Below are positions 63,411 to 64,000 of a stretch of DNA of 64,000 bases, piece after piece. The DNA lies in NCBI GenBank assembly GCA_963514005.1, contig OY740806.1, positions 34,782,001 to 34,846,000 of the forward strand, read 5' to 3'. How positions within the stretch are numbered: position 1 is the stretch's first letter; every line of letters begins with the position of its first letter. Both the position numbers and the translations under genes were made by a program. A model generated the notes under the pieces. The model had not been told where the DNA came from, did not search any database, and was given only the letters and a program-made list of their open reading frames with translations. This stretch comes from Raja brachyura (taxonomy: Eukaryota).

Positions 63411-64000
63411 ATTTACCAACGGCGGGAGCAACGCAGGAACCATCAAAACAAAGAGAAAAATAACTCAGAAAATGGTAAGCTTTTTGATCTGCTCCCTGAG
63501 GATGAAGCCCACCAATGTAGCTCGCAGTATCTGCTGCAACGATAACGGGCGCAAACATATTTCTCAAAAATCATATTTTTTTATTGAGAAAGATGGCAAT
63601 GTTTAAGATGGTAGTGTTAACCCTTTGTTCCCTGCAGGTCTCTTTGTCCAGTGATTCATTTTCAAACAGAGCTGCATTATATTGGCAGACTACTTTGCTC
63701 TTTGTACAATTCATGCGGTCCCAGCCAGTAATCCTGCAGAACAAGAAACCAAACGTTTTGTAATCTGTCTGAACCTCAATGTGTGCTGAATTATAGAGAC
63801 TTACATCAGAGACATTCACAGAGTTCCTTCAATTGGATTCTGCCGTCTTGGTAATGAAAATTGGGAACAACAACTAGAGTTGCACTATTGATTGCTATCC
63901 AATAATTCTATTGAAATTCCACGATCTAGTTTAGTTTAGTTTATTGTTATTGTACCGAGGTACAGTGAAAAGCTCTTTTGGTGTTTGCTATCCAGTCAGT

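Larger units (their letters stand above)
55200..64000 (+). ncRNA. Probable pri-miRNA / host lncRNA (MIR100HG/MIR99AHG-like) proximal region; exon structure unresolved
   Basis: Both miRNAs are on +. Strong + strand donor-like sites occur at 57118 (TAG|GTGAGC), 58538 (AAG|GTATGT), 60577 (ATG|GTGAGT) and 61749 (ACG|GTATGT), and an acceptor-like site at 61483. No convincing ORF. Vertebrate clusters of this type sit in introns of long non-coding hosts. Confidence 0.55.

Noticed and set aside
63493-63514. TCCCTGAG just downstream of let-7 as a possible miR-125
   Set aside because: Only the first 8 nt match. The rest differs from miR-125a/b and there is no complementary star arm, so miR-125 presumably lies beyond the window.
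63280-63567. 95-aa - strand ORF
   Set aside because: It is the antisense reading of the let-7 hairpin region, with no coding features.

Overview
Vertebrate genomic DNA, very probably from a cartilaginous fish such as a skate or ray (inferred from its repeats: HE1/V-SINEs, Deu-domain SINEs, CR1, L2, Penelope-like elements). I can support no host protein-coding gene; the ORFs with recognisable homology are retroelement remnants. The functional core lies at the right end: a miR-100-family hairpin (mature 61990-62011) and a let-7a hairpin (mature 63333-63354) on the + strand. These are the first two members of a miR-99/100~let-7~miR-125 cluster; miR-125 is not in the window. The window therefore looks like the upstream/intronic part of a MIR100HG/MIR99AHG-like host lncRNA, with a transposon-poor regulatory zone at about 55-63.9 kb and several candidate conserved non-coding elements. 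The first 55 kb carry about 30 short Penelope-derived inserts with a minimal hammerhead-ribozyme-like core. Many are palindromes with a one-sided 30-38 nt tail, and many are flanked by 8-15 bp target-site duplications. There are also several unexplained inverted repeats and a 141-N assembly gap. Repeat boundaries were read by eye and are approximate, and reference miRNA sequences are recalled from memory.
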